Shown in pieces: positions 39,256 through 48,331 of a stretch of 64,000 nt of DNA. The DNA comes from Candidatus Bathyarchaeota archaeon (lineage in GTDB: Archaea; Thermoproteota; Bathyarchaeia; 40CM-2-53-6; RBG-13-38-9). The notes under the pieces were generated by a model. The model saw only the letters and a program-made list of their open reading frames with translations. It made no database searches and was not told the DNA's origin. The translations under genes were made by a program, and so were the position numbers. The stretch is from the NCBI GenBank assembly GCA_963807605.1, contig CAWECG010000004.1:128001-192000 (forward strand), given 5' to 3'. Within the stretch, counting starts at the first letter, position 1. Each line of letters opens with the position of its first letter.

Positions 39256-39645
39256 TCACACCTTATCTGATTGCTTTGCTCCGCACTTATCACAATAGAT
39301 CGCCGCATCATCCATTATCACATCGCAGGAGCTACAGTGCCTCTGTTTCGTGCGAGCAAACTCGGAGACAGGAATTCCGCCAGAACTGCTTCCGATCTCG
39401 ACTACTCGAACACGGGGCGCCTGACGCTTTTGTTTGGGTTTTGAGATGGGGTGTTTTGAGATGGGGTGTCTTGAGATGTGGTGCTTTGAGATGTTACGGA
39501 TTCGTGCACGGAGATCCGAGAGGTAAATTACCACTACAATCGCAACTATAGAGACTGCCAAGATTTGAAAGAGCAAGTGGTACGAGAATGGTACTAACAG
39601 ACTTGAATAATCGGATATCAAGCAGTTTCCACTATCAGCTTTCAT
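39256..39645 (-). CDS. Membrane-anchored zinc-ribbon protein with ISKHP-like repeats
   Basis: TM helix and CSSC..CDKCG; sits between thiolase and DUF35. Confidence 0.6.
   Translation of the reverse strand: MKADSGNCLISDYSSLLVPFSYHLLFQILAVSIVAIVVVIYLSDLRARIRNISKHHISRHPISKHPISKPKQKRQAPRVRVVEIGSSSGGIPVSEFARTKQRHCSSCDVIMDDAAIYCDKCGAKQSDKV
39440..39494. repeat. Imperfect 15-bp tandem repeat, about 3.7 copies
   Basis: TTTGAGATGGGGTGT units. Confidence 0.85.
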
Positions 39646-40814
39646 CTAGCCTTGTAGATATGCACAACTGCTGTCGACCCGTGACCTCCAAGATTGTGAG
39701 TGAGACCTATTTGAGCACCATCCACTTGCCTCTGATCAGCCTGCCTAGTCAGTTGAAGATAGATCTCGTAGGCTTGAGCGCATCCGGTGGCACCGACTGG
39801 GTGCCCTTTCGACTTGAGGCCACCACTTGTATTCACTGGGATTCTCCCAGTGATCTCAGTATCACCAGATTCAATGAGTTTTCCGCCCTCACCCTTCCTG
39901 CAAAAGCCAAGGTCTTCATAGGCTATTAGCTCCGCTATTGTGAAGCAATCGTGAACCTCAGCGACATCGATGTCTTTAGACTCGACACCTGACATCTTAT
40001 ATGCTTCTCTGGCAGCTAGGGAAGCCGAGCGAATAGATGTCAAATCGTCTCTCTCATAGAGACCAATAGTATCGCTGGCCTGGCCACTTCCAATAATGTC
40101 CACAGGTTCATCCGTATACTTACTTGCCAGCTCTGAATTCGCAAGGATAAGGCAAGAGGCACCGTCCGAGATCAGTGAACAGTCGAATAACTTGAGGGGG
40201 GATGCCACGATCCTTGAAGTCAAGGCTTGGTCGAGGGTTATCTCCTTCTGTATATGCGCCTTAGGGTTCTTTGCGCCATTCCGGTGATTCTTGACAGCAA
40301 CCCGTGCCATCTGCTCTTCAGTGGTTTTGTAAGAGTGCATGTGAGCTCTCGCCATCAGAGCAAAAAGAGCTGGAAAGGTGAAGCCATGCCACTGTTCAAA
40401 GAGGTTATCAGCGGACATTGCAAGATACTCTGTTGCATCAGAAGTTGACAGGTGTGTCTGCTTTTCGACACCGCCGACCAGAACAATGTCCGAAAGCCCC
40501 GACATGATAGCTTGGATCCCACATCGGAGAGCAGTTCCCGAGGAAGCACACGCATTCTCAAGCCTGACAGCAGGAAGAGGATTCAGTCCTAACCAATCTG
40601 CTGCCAAAGGTCCACTGTGCCCTTGGTGCTCAGTGGACTCCATCATGTGCCCAATAAATAGTGCTCTGATGTCCCTCTTTGGATTAAGCTCAGGGCATCT
40701 GTCGAAAGCCTCTTTCGCTGCCTGCGCAAGAATCTCTCTCCCAGAGAGACCGTCAAGTTTTCCAAATCTTGAGAGCCCCGCCGAGATAATGGTAGCCAAC
40801 GCTTTGCCAGCCAA
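39642..40814 (-). CDS. Thiolase-family protein (SCP-x/archaeal type)
   Basis: ENACASS, VKNHRNG, DCSLISDGA, EVHDCFT, NTSGGLKSKGHPVGATG and HNLGG motifs; start TTG40814. Confidence 0.93.
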   Translation of the reverse strand: MAGKALATIISAGLSRFGKLDGLSGREILAQAAKEAFDRCPELNPKRDIRALFIGHMMESTEHQGHSGPLAADWLGLNPLPAVRLENACASSGTALRCGIQAIMSGLSDIVLVGGVEKQTHLSTSDATEYLAMSADNLFEQWHGFTFPALFALMARAHMHSYKTTEEQMARVAVKNHRNGAKNPKAHIQKEITLDQALTSRIVASPLKLFDCSLISDGASCLILANSELASKYTDEPVDIIGSGQASDTIGLYERDDLTSIRSASLAAREAYKMSGVESKDIDVAEVHDCFTIAELIAYEDLGFCRKGEGGKLIESGDTEITGRIPVNTSGGLKSKGHPVGATGCAQAYEIYLQLTRQADQRQVDGAQIGLTHNLGGHGSTAVVHIYKAR

Positions 40815-40975
40815 GTCAGATCGTCTCACTAAGGTTGAGTAGATGAATTTCAATTTATCTCTGCGAACATGTCGATCGTTGCCACGTATCAATCCTAAGA
40901 AGCTGACCTGATCGAGTCTAACTGAAACTAAATAACATAGGGATCGCACAACTAACGCGCCGGCAAGTGAGTAAG

Positions 40976-41617
40976 ATGAGTCTGAATTCAGAAGATTCAG
41001 AATTGAAGGCACAGATAATACACTGCATGAAGTCCCTCCATCAGAGAGGCCTCATGACTGGCATAGGGGGAAATGCAAGTGCTCGCCACATGAACTCTGA
41101 GGAGGTGTGGATCACTCCCAGCGGACTCTATAAGCCGGAATTAAAGCCCTCTGATCTCGTAAAAATGGACCTTGAAGGAAAGACCCTCGAGGGAATCCTA
41201 AAGCCATCAATGGAATGGTATTTCCATACGGCAATTTACCGAAGGAGGGCTGACGTGAATGCTGTATTGCACACACACAGTCCTTACACGACAGGTCTAG
41301 CACTCGCCGATATGAAGATTAGACCCATAACACTTGAGGCTGCTACGATGCTCGCGGACGTCCCGATTCTGCCTTTCGCCTATCCAGGCACAGAAGATTT
41401 GGGCAAACAGGTGGGTGAGGCAATATTGGGCAGGAGGGCCGTTGTCCTACAGAATCACGGGGTCGTGGCCGTAGGTTTCGATCTCATAGAGGCGCTCTCC
41501 ACAGTTGAGATTCTTGAGGAGGTCTCAATAATGACATTCGTGGCGAGTCAATTTGGCAATCCCCGAGAGATTCCTCCTGACCAGATAGAACTAATCAAGA
41601 AACTGTACAGAATATGA
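40976..41617 (+). CDS. Class II aldolase/adducin-family protein (FucA-like)
   Basis: GGNASAR, ITPSG, PSMEWYFH, HTHS and LQNHG motifs. Confidence 0.9.
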   Translation: MSLNSEDSELKAQIIHCMKSLHQRGLMTGIGGNASARHMNSEEVWITPSGLYKPELKPSDLVKMDLEGKTLEGILKPSMEWYFHTAIYRRRADVNAVLHTHSPYTTGLALADMKIRPITLEAATMLADVPILPFAYPGTEDLGKQVGEAILGRRAVVLQNHGVVAVGFDLIEALSTVEILEEVSIMTFVASQFGNPREIPPDQIELIKKLYRI

Positions 41618-41627
41618 ATGGTATGCT

Positions 41628-43484
41628 ATGATGTTCGGATATATCGGCGAGATTCTACGAGTCGACCTCACAAAATCAAGAATCTCGACCGAACCACTGA
41701 AAGAGGACGATCTGAAGAACTATATCGGAGGCAGCGGCCTAGCCTCAAGAATCATCTACAATGAATTGAACCAATTCATCAGTCCCCCTTCACCCGACAA
41801 TATCCTCGTCTTCATGACAGGTCCACTAACCGGAACAGCCTCACCTTCATGTGGGCGTTACTGCGTCTGTACAAAGTCCCCCCTGACAGGACTTTGGGCG
41901 GAGGCCCACGCGGCTGGGTTCTGGGGACCAGAACTCAAGTTCGCCGGATATGATGGAATAATAGTTGAGGGCGTAGCGAATCAACCTGTCTACCTTTCGG
42001 TTATTGACGGTCAAGCAGAATTGAGGGATGCATCTCGCTTATGGGGTAAGGACACCTACAGCACAGAGGAGCTGCTCAAGAAGGAGCTTGGGGATCCCAA
42101 TGTAAGAGTCGCATCGATAGGTCAAGCTGGAGAGCAGGGCGTACTTTTCGCGTCGATAATGAATGACTACGGACGAGCAGCAGGAAGATGCGGAGTCGGG
42201 ACCGTCATGGGCTCCAAGAGACTGAAAGCGATCGCGGTTAGGGGCACTGAAATCAAAGTGATCCCGGCAGCCAAGAACGAGATGCTCAACGAATTCCTTC
42301 GAAGAATCTACGTGACTATAAGGTCCCATCCCACAGCACAAATTTACGCTTCATACGGAACAGACGGAATAATGTCAATGATGCACGAATACGGAGACGT
42401 TCCAATAAAGTACTTCACAAAGGGTTCATGGCCACAGGGTGTAGAGAAGATATGCGGGGAAGCCATGGCCAAATCAATTCTGAAAAAACAATGGGCCTGC
42501 TATAGATGCATAATCGCCTGCGGGAGACATGTAACAGTCCATGCATCGGATGGTGAGAGAGAGGGTGCCGGCCCTGAGTACGAAACCTGCGCCTCCTTAG
42601 GCAGCCTTTGCATGAATAGCGACTTGAACCTGATCGCAGAAGGGAATGAACTCTGCAACAGATACGGAATGGACACAATATCCGCCGGAAGTGTAATCGC
42701 CTTTGCAATGGAGTGCTACGAGAAAGGTTTGATCTCCGCCGAGGATACAGGAGGATTAAAACTCCCTTGGGGAGACCGCAAAGCGATAATCGGGCTGCTC
42801 AACAAAATAGGGACAAACACTGAATTTGGAGCTGTCCTTGCGAAAGGAGTAAGGGAAGCTTGCAAGAAGATTGGCAAAGGATCCCATGACTTTGCTCTTC
42901 ATGTAAAAGGCCTCGAGATACCCATGCACGATCCAAGAGCCTTCAAGGGCCTAGGACTCCAATACGCCACGTCTCACAGAGGCGCGTGCCATCTGAGAGG
43001 GCTCGTTTACCAGATCGAGCAAGGAGAGCGGATGCCTGACATCGGAATCCACAAAAGATATGAACGGCAAACAACGGACGACAAAGCCTTCCCTGTAATT
43101 GCGGTTCAAAACTGGCATGATGTCTTAGACTCTTTAATAATGTGCAAATTCGCCATCGTACCACCCGCCTCTGTTCTCTCAATGCTGAATATGGTGACAG
43201 GCTGGGAGATGAAGCTTGATGAGTTGATCAAAGTTGGCGAGAGAACCTACAATCTGAAGAGAGCCTTCAACCTAAGATGTGGTGCCACAAGACGCGACGA
43301 TACCCTTCCCAAACGATTCCTTGAGGAGCCGCTCGCGGATGGGGGAAGCAAAGGCGAAGTGGTTGAGCTTGAGGCTATGCTGAACAAATACTACGAGCTG
43401 AGAGGATGGGATGAGAACGGTATTCCCACCAGAGAGAAGCTTGTAGATCTTAACCTGTCAGATGCAGCTTCAATAGTCAATTAG
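41628..43484 (+). CDS. aor: Tungsten-containing aldehyde:ferredoxin oxidoreductase
   Basis: KSPLTG, GRCGVGTVMGSKRLKAI, CYRCIIAC, GPEYET, GMDTISAG and YYELRGWDENGIP motifs. Confidence 0.93.
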   Translation: MMFGYIGEILRVDLTKSRISTEPLKEDDLKNYIGGSGLASRIIYNELNQFISPPSPDNILVFMTGPLTGTASPSCGRYCVCTKSPLTGLWAEAHAAGFWGPELKFAGYDGIIVEGVANQPVYLSVIDGQAELRDASRLWGKDTYSTEELLKKELGDPNVRVASIGQAGEQGVLFASIMNDYGRAAGRCGVGTVMGSKRLKAIAVRGTEIKVIPAAKNEMLNEFLRRIYVTIRSHPTAQIYASYGTDGIMSMMHEYGDVPIKYFTKGSWPQGVEKICGEAMAKSILKKQWACYRCIIACGRHVTVHASDGEREGAGPEYETCASLGSLCMNSDLNLIAEGNELCNRYGMDTISAGSVIAFAMECYEKGLISAEDTGGLKLPWGDRKAIIGLLNKIGTNTEFGAVLAKGVREACKKIGKGSHDFALHVKGLEIPMHDPRAFKGLGLQYATSHRGACHLRGLVYQIEQGERMPDIGIHKRYERQTTDDKAFPVIAVQNWHDVLDSLIMCKFAIVPPASVLSMLNMVTGWEMKLDELIKVGERTYNLKRAFNLRCGATRRDDTLPKRFLEEPLADGGSKGEVVELEAMLNKYYELRGWDENGIPTREKLVDLNLSDAASIVN

Positions 43485-43587
43485 TGAAGAACACAAGCAT
43501 CAAAAACGAACTGATCGTTATCCCCTAGAGTAGAAGCTACCACAATAATGGCAGCACCAATCTGTGCAAGGAGTGTTAATCTCTTCG

Positions 43588-44853
43588 ATGCCCACTGACA
43601 GGATGGTTAAAGGCGTTACAGGAATAGAGGAAGCTGGAAGACTGTTCCATGAATCACTCCAATTAACAAGGCGTGAAACTGATCTCTTGCCCATTCAGGA
43701 TTGCATAGACCGTGTCTTAGCCTTTGACTCAATTGCTACCGATGATATTCCCAATGTCGATCAATCCGCAGTCGATGGCTATGCCTTACAAGCAAGAGAC
43801 ACGTTCGGTGCTTCATCCGCCAGTCCGATTCTCTTGGGATTGAGATCAAAAACCACCGGATCCCAACTGACTCTCAGCAGTGGGGAAACTGCATATGTTC
43901 ATACAGGTGCACCTCTGCCAAGAGGTGCCGATGCTGTGGTCATGATCGAATTCACAGAGAGGGTTGGACCTGACACGGTAGAGGTTTACAAAGCGGTTGC
44001 TCCAGGCGAAGATGTTTCCTGGAAAGGCGAGGATGTGAGAAAGGGAGAGGTGGTACTAAGGGAAGGTACAAGACTGAGACCGCAAGACCTCGGCATGCTA
44101 GCTGCCTTGGGTCTTTCTTCAATTCAGGTTTATAGAAAACCTCTGGTCGGAATCATCTCCACTGGAAGCGAACTTGCCCCCTTAGGTGGCAAGAAGACGC
44201 TGGGCCAGGTCATAGACGTCAACAGCATAATACTTTCGGCTATGGCTATTGAGTGCGGAGGAAGGCCGTTGCCGATGGGCATTGTAAAGGATGAATTTCA
44301 TGAGATAAAGTCAAGAATTTCAGAAGGCCTAGTGAAAAGCGACTTCTTGATTCTTAGCGGTGGGACTTCAGAAGGGAAGGCCGATCTTACAGTCAAGGTC
44401 ATCGATTCTTTAGGAAAACCAGGTGTAGTTGTGCATGGGATTGCGATGAGACCTGGGAGACCGACGGCCTTGGCCTCAATTCAAGGCAAACCGGTAATAA
44501 GCCTATCAGGATATCCTGTTGCAGCGATGATGGGCTTCTACCTTTTCGCAAAGCCGCTTCTGGCGAAGATGTTGCGAACAAAAGATCCGCTTGAACCAGA
44601 GGTCCGTGCTAAGGTTACAAGGAGGATAACTTCAGCCCCTGGTTTGAGAAGTTTTGTGCGGGTTGCAGTCTCTAAGAGCGGAGATGACTACGTTGCCGAT
44701 CCTGTGAGGACAACAGGTTCTGGAATATTATCGAGCATGATAAGAGCTAATGGACTGATAGTGATTCCTGAAGATGTCGAAGGGGTTGACGAGAATGATG
44801 AAGTCAATGTAAGACTCTTCAGGCCAATTGGACAACGATTGGGTGGCAGTTGA
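43588..44853 (+). CDS. moeA: Molybdopterin molybdo/tungstotransferase MoeA
   Basis: SAVDGYA, TGAPLPRGADAVVMIE, STGSEL, SGGTS, MRPGRPT and GSGILSSM motifs. Confidence 0.93.
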   Translation: MPTDRMVKGVTGIEEAGRLFHESLQLTRRETDLLPIQDCIDRVLAFDSIATDDIPNVDQSAVDGYALQARDTFGASSASPILLGLRSKTTGSQLTLSSGETAYVHTGAPLPRGADAVVMIEFTERVGPDTVEVYKAVAPGEDVSWKGEDVRKGEVVLREGTRLRPQDLGMLAALGLSSIQVYRKPLVGIISTGSELAPLGGKKTLGQVIDVNSIILSAMAIECGGRPLPMGIVKDEFHEIKSRISEGLVKSDFLILSGGTSEGKADLTVKVIDSLGKPGVVVHGIAMRPGRPTALASIQGKPVISLSGYPVAAMMGFYLFAKPLLAKMLRTKDPLEPEVRAKVTRRITSAPGLRSFVRVAVSKSGDDYVADPVRTTGSGILSSMIRANGLIVIPEDVEGVDENDEVNVRLFRPIGQRLGGS

Positions 44854-44868
44854 GGCTGCGGTAGTGAT

Positions 44869-46239
44869 TCATGCAACTTGGAACAGGTTCTTCCTAACCT
44901 CTACCAAGAATCCAAGATTCTGAAGCTGAAGGATTGCGGTTACGGCTGAACGCTCATCATCAATATCTGTCTCGGTCTGGATTAAGCTGACAAGCTCTTT
45001 CAATGAGAGCTTCTCTCCTTTGTGTGAGCCTATGATCTGTAGAGTTTTTGGAAGATTCTTGCCCAAATCGGGCCGCCCGTCGACCACCGTGCTCGCCAGC
45101 CTCTCAAGTTTGTCAGCCTCCGGTTCGAGGCTGGTTCGCGGTTGCGTTGCTTTCCTCTCGCCTTTTTGCTCCGTCAGTTTGAAGCCTAGTCCCTCCTTCT
45201 TCGATTTTGCCTTGGCTTCTAAGACCTGCTCATGGTGCTGGTACTCCGCCTTTGCACTCTCTACGAGGTGGCCCAGTTTCTTTGGTACGTCCATCCCTGT
45301 CAAGATGCCAATGTAGGATGTCCATCTCATGTGCTCCGACGGGTAGATACCGAGCATAGCATCCTTTCCCGCAAGGAGTTCATGTAGTGTCCGTCTTATC
45401 GCATCAACTTGTAGGGTTGTGAATAAGTGAGTCGGTCCTTGCACTCCGAAGATCACTCCCGAGGCGGAGCTTGGATCTACTTCAGCAAATAGGCTGGTGT
45501 TCCAGCTCCGGCGGAGTGTGGCTGCAACATCCTCAACCATGTTAGCTGGAGTCTGGAAGTTTGCAAGGGTTGCGAAACCTGGATACTTGAATATGGATAC
45601 GAGTTCGGACTCGTCTTATTCTGTCTGCCCTGCTGGGCAGATTGGCAAAATCTATCAGGTCAAGAAACGTCTGAACAGCGATCTCCATTTACTTTTTCGT
45701 AGGCCTCGGTCAGGATTTTCTGTGGAAGTGGGCTGTCAACTTATCATTCTCAATGCAGATAATTGCTTTTACAGCCTCATGCCTGTAGAGCAGGTCTATT
45801 CCCATTGAGGCATTGACTTTTGCCTTAACAGATTCCGTCTCGAAAGGGAGGGTCACAATGGAGATGCAGGTCCTTCCCAGCTCGCCTATGATTTCAGCCA
45901 TGATGGGTGCTACGCCTGAGCCTGTCCCGCCGCTTCCCCAAGGGTGAGCAGAATAATGTCAGTATCACTGCTTAGTAACTTTGAGACTAGGGCTTTGATG
46001 TTTGTGCGACTTTGAATGGCCGCCTCATGTCCTTCCTGCCAGTTCTTCGCTGCGCCCTTTCCACTCCCGATGAGGAGTTTATTCTCCGCGGGGATGTTTC
46101 GATGTGTCGCTAAATCGGCTACATCACTGTTAATCGCGCATACATCCATTATCATTCCTTTCTTGTCGATGGCGGTCCTCTTGAAGTCGTCCGCGATCTT
46201 TCCGCCACAATGACCAAGGCCGATCGTTAGAAACCTCAA
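44869..46239 (-). CDS. Divergent FtsZ/tubulin-superfamily GTPase with C-terminal winged-helix-like domain; four 1-nt indels (sequencing errors or pseudogene)
   Basis: Joined frames give IGLGHCGGKI, INSD, GKGAAKNWQEG, (G)GGTGSG, TLPFETE, IENDKL, YEKVN and RIDESEL; about 456 aa. Confidence 0.85.
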
Positions 46240-46892
46240 TCTAGACGCTCCTTTTTGTCAGACTGCTCCAGGATCTCGTTGTACTTACCTTCTTCGATTA
46301 CGCCAAGTTGATACATTATGCTTGCTATCTCAGTCATGCTCATGAAAGAATGAAGCTTCACGTTAGACTTCTGTAGCTGCGCTTTCCCACCCTCCTGTCG
46401 GTCTATCAAGACTACGGCGTCGGTCACAATGCCTCCCTCAGCTCTGAGCACGTCGATGGCGTCAACCAGGCTCTTCCCAGTGGTGATGAGGTCATCAACG
46501 ATGACAATCCGATCGCCTGGCGTCACAACTCCTTCTATTCTTCGTTCTCTGCCGTGTGTCTTTTTCTCCTTTCTAGAGTAAAGGATTGGTTTGTAAAGTT
46601 GAAAGGCTAGGACTGACGCGAATAGGAGTCCTGAAGTTGGTACGCAAGAGATTCTGTCGAATTCTTCTATTCCAATGTCGTCCTTAACCAACTTCTCGTA
46701 GATCTCTATCACCCTCCTAAAGGATTCAGGATGACTAGGTATCGAGCGAAGATCAACATAGTATGGGCTGAGTTTTCCGCTAGTCAGCTTGAACATGCCA
46801 AATTTGAGCGCCCCTGTCTTCATCAGAATTCTGCATAACTCGGTTTCTTCTTTCTCAGTTCCATGAAGTTTCTCATCCACTTGGAATCCCAT
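46236..46892 (-). CDS. pyrE: Orotate phosphoribosyltransferase
   Basis: FKLTSGKLSPYYVDLR, RKEKKTHG, IVDDLITTGKS and IDRQEG motifs. Confidence 0.96.
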   Translation of the reverse strand: MGFQVDEKLHGTEKEETELCRILMKTGALKFGMFKLTSGKLSPYYVDLRSIPSHPESFRRVIEIYEKLVKDDIGIEEFDRISCVPTSGLLFASVLAFQLYKPILYSRKEKKTHGRERRIEGVVTPGDRIVIVDDLITTGKSLVDAIDVLRAEGGIVTDAVVLIDRQEGGKAQLQKSNVKLHSFMSMTEIASIMYQLGVIEEGKYNEILEQSDKKERLD

Positions 46893-47087
46893 TGTGAGTC
46901 CATCCAGTTAAGAAAAAGGTTCCTTATACGTATTGATTTGAAGCGACGAGTCTCTCTCCCTCAGAGGCACGGAAGGATGGGAGGCAAGGTTTTTGAGGTA
47001 TGAATGAGTTGAAGATCCTGATGCTAGAAGTGTGCGTGTAAACTGCCCCTTCATGATTCTACAACTTATTGTCGGTGAGATTCAATA

Positions 47088-48331
47088 GTGGAGATATGGA
47101 TCCCTTACGGTGGCACAGAGGTTCGGGTTGGCGTCCCTACTGAGAACCTAGTTGGACTTGCAGAGCCAAAGGCCACAGGCACTTTGAATAATTTGCGTTA
47201 TGAGATCTCTCAAGCGATTTCAAATCCCATAGGTGTAGCCCCACTGTCGCAGCTTGTTAGCCGAAATGACCAAGTGGCGCTAGTTGTCGATCTGCCGCCT
47301 AGTAGTGTGTCATTCCAGATTGTTGACTCTCTGATCCTTGAATCGTCTAATCTAGTTGAAAGTGAAAGTCTCACAGTTTTCTGGACCCACGCACAAGACT
47401 GGCTACAGGCTGAAAAAGGCACCGGCGACGGAATAACAAGAGGCTTCAAGGTCGCGGACTTGACCAGTCCCAGCATCCAATCCGTGCCTATCAATGACAG
47501 TCTCGGAGCGAAGGAAATCAAGGTTAACAAAGAACTTGCTGACTCAGCGATCAAGATACTGATCGGCAGAACCGGCTTCGACGCCATATGGGGCTACACC
47601 GGCGGCGCAACAGCTCTACTGGATATGATTGATGACGATACAAGGGCTCAATTCTACCGGCAGGCCGTGAAATCATACTTGGAAAAAGGCTCCGACCAAA
47701 CAAACGAAGCAACCAATAGGCTAAGATCCTTAGCCTCTTCTCTGGATCCCTGCCTCACCTTGAATATCGTGACCACCACGAGCGGCGATGTGATAAAACT
47801 ATTTGCAGGCACCTTTGAAGAATCGTCAGTTGCCTCCACGAAATTCTTCGATGACCTGTACAGAATTGGGTTTGATAAAAGGGCGGACGTTCTCATTGTC
47901 GGAGCCGGCGGAAGGCCTTATGATGAAACCCTCTCCACAGCTCTTGACTCAGCCCTGTTGAACAGAGATGTTCTAAAGAAAGGTGGCGCAATGATACTTG
48001 TTGCCGAATGTATGGGAGGTTACGGGGACAAGACTTTTCTACAGTGGATGTCCAAGGGCGAGGAGGCGAAGCAAATCAAATCCGCTTTGAAGAAGGACTT
48101 CGAGATCGGGCAGAGAAAGCGTACTTTTTAACAGAGCTCTTGGAAGAGTTCCGAGTATATCTTGTTTCAGTCATGCCCGATTACTACGCAAGAAAGATCT
48201 TCAAGCTGAAGACTTCAAGAACGGTGGACGATGCCCTTCAATCCTCCCTCAGAATCATGGGAAAGGACTCCAGCACTGCCGTGGTACCGCACGGATCACT
48301 CACAAGGACATACATAAGCGCTGGAGCGTGA
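47088..48331 (+). CDS. LarA (lactate racemase)-like protein, degenerate; 1-nt frameshift near 48110
   Basis: IPYG, AISNPIG, GYTGG, GAGGRPYD, ILVAECMGGYG and VVPHGS motifs; ORFs 47088..48131 and 48008..48331 join by one added G. Confidence 0.8.

Noticed and set aside
45600-45660. Hairpin TCTGCCC/GGGCAGA beside a frameshift in the tubulin-like gene, as a second BHB intron
   Set aside because: It needs a 4-nt bulge, standard cleavage does not restore the frame, and the encoded residues align with the expected T7-loop region; a 1-nt indel explains it.
48095-48131. LarA-like frameshift as programmed frameshifting or an intron
   Set aside because: A single missing G in a G-run with no BHB; it matches the error pattern seen elsewhere.
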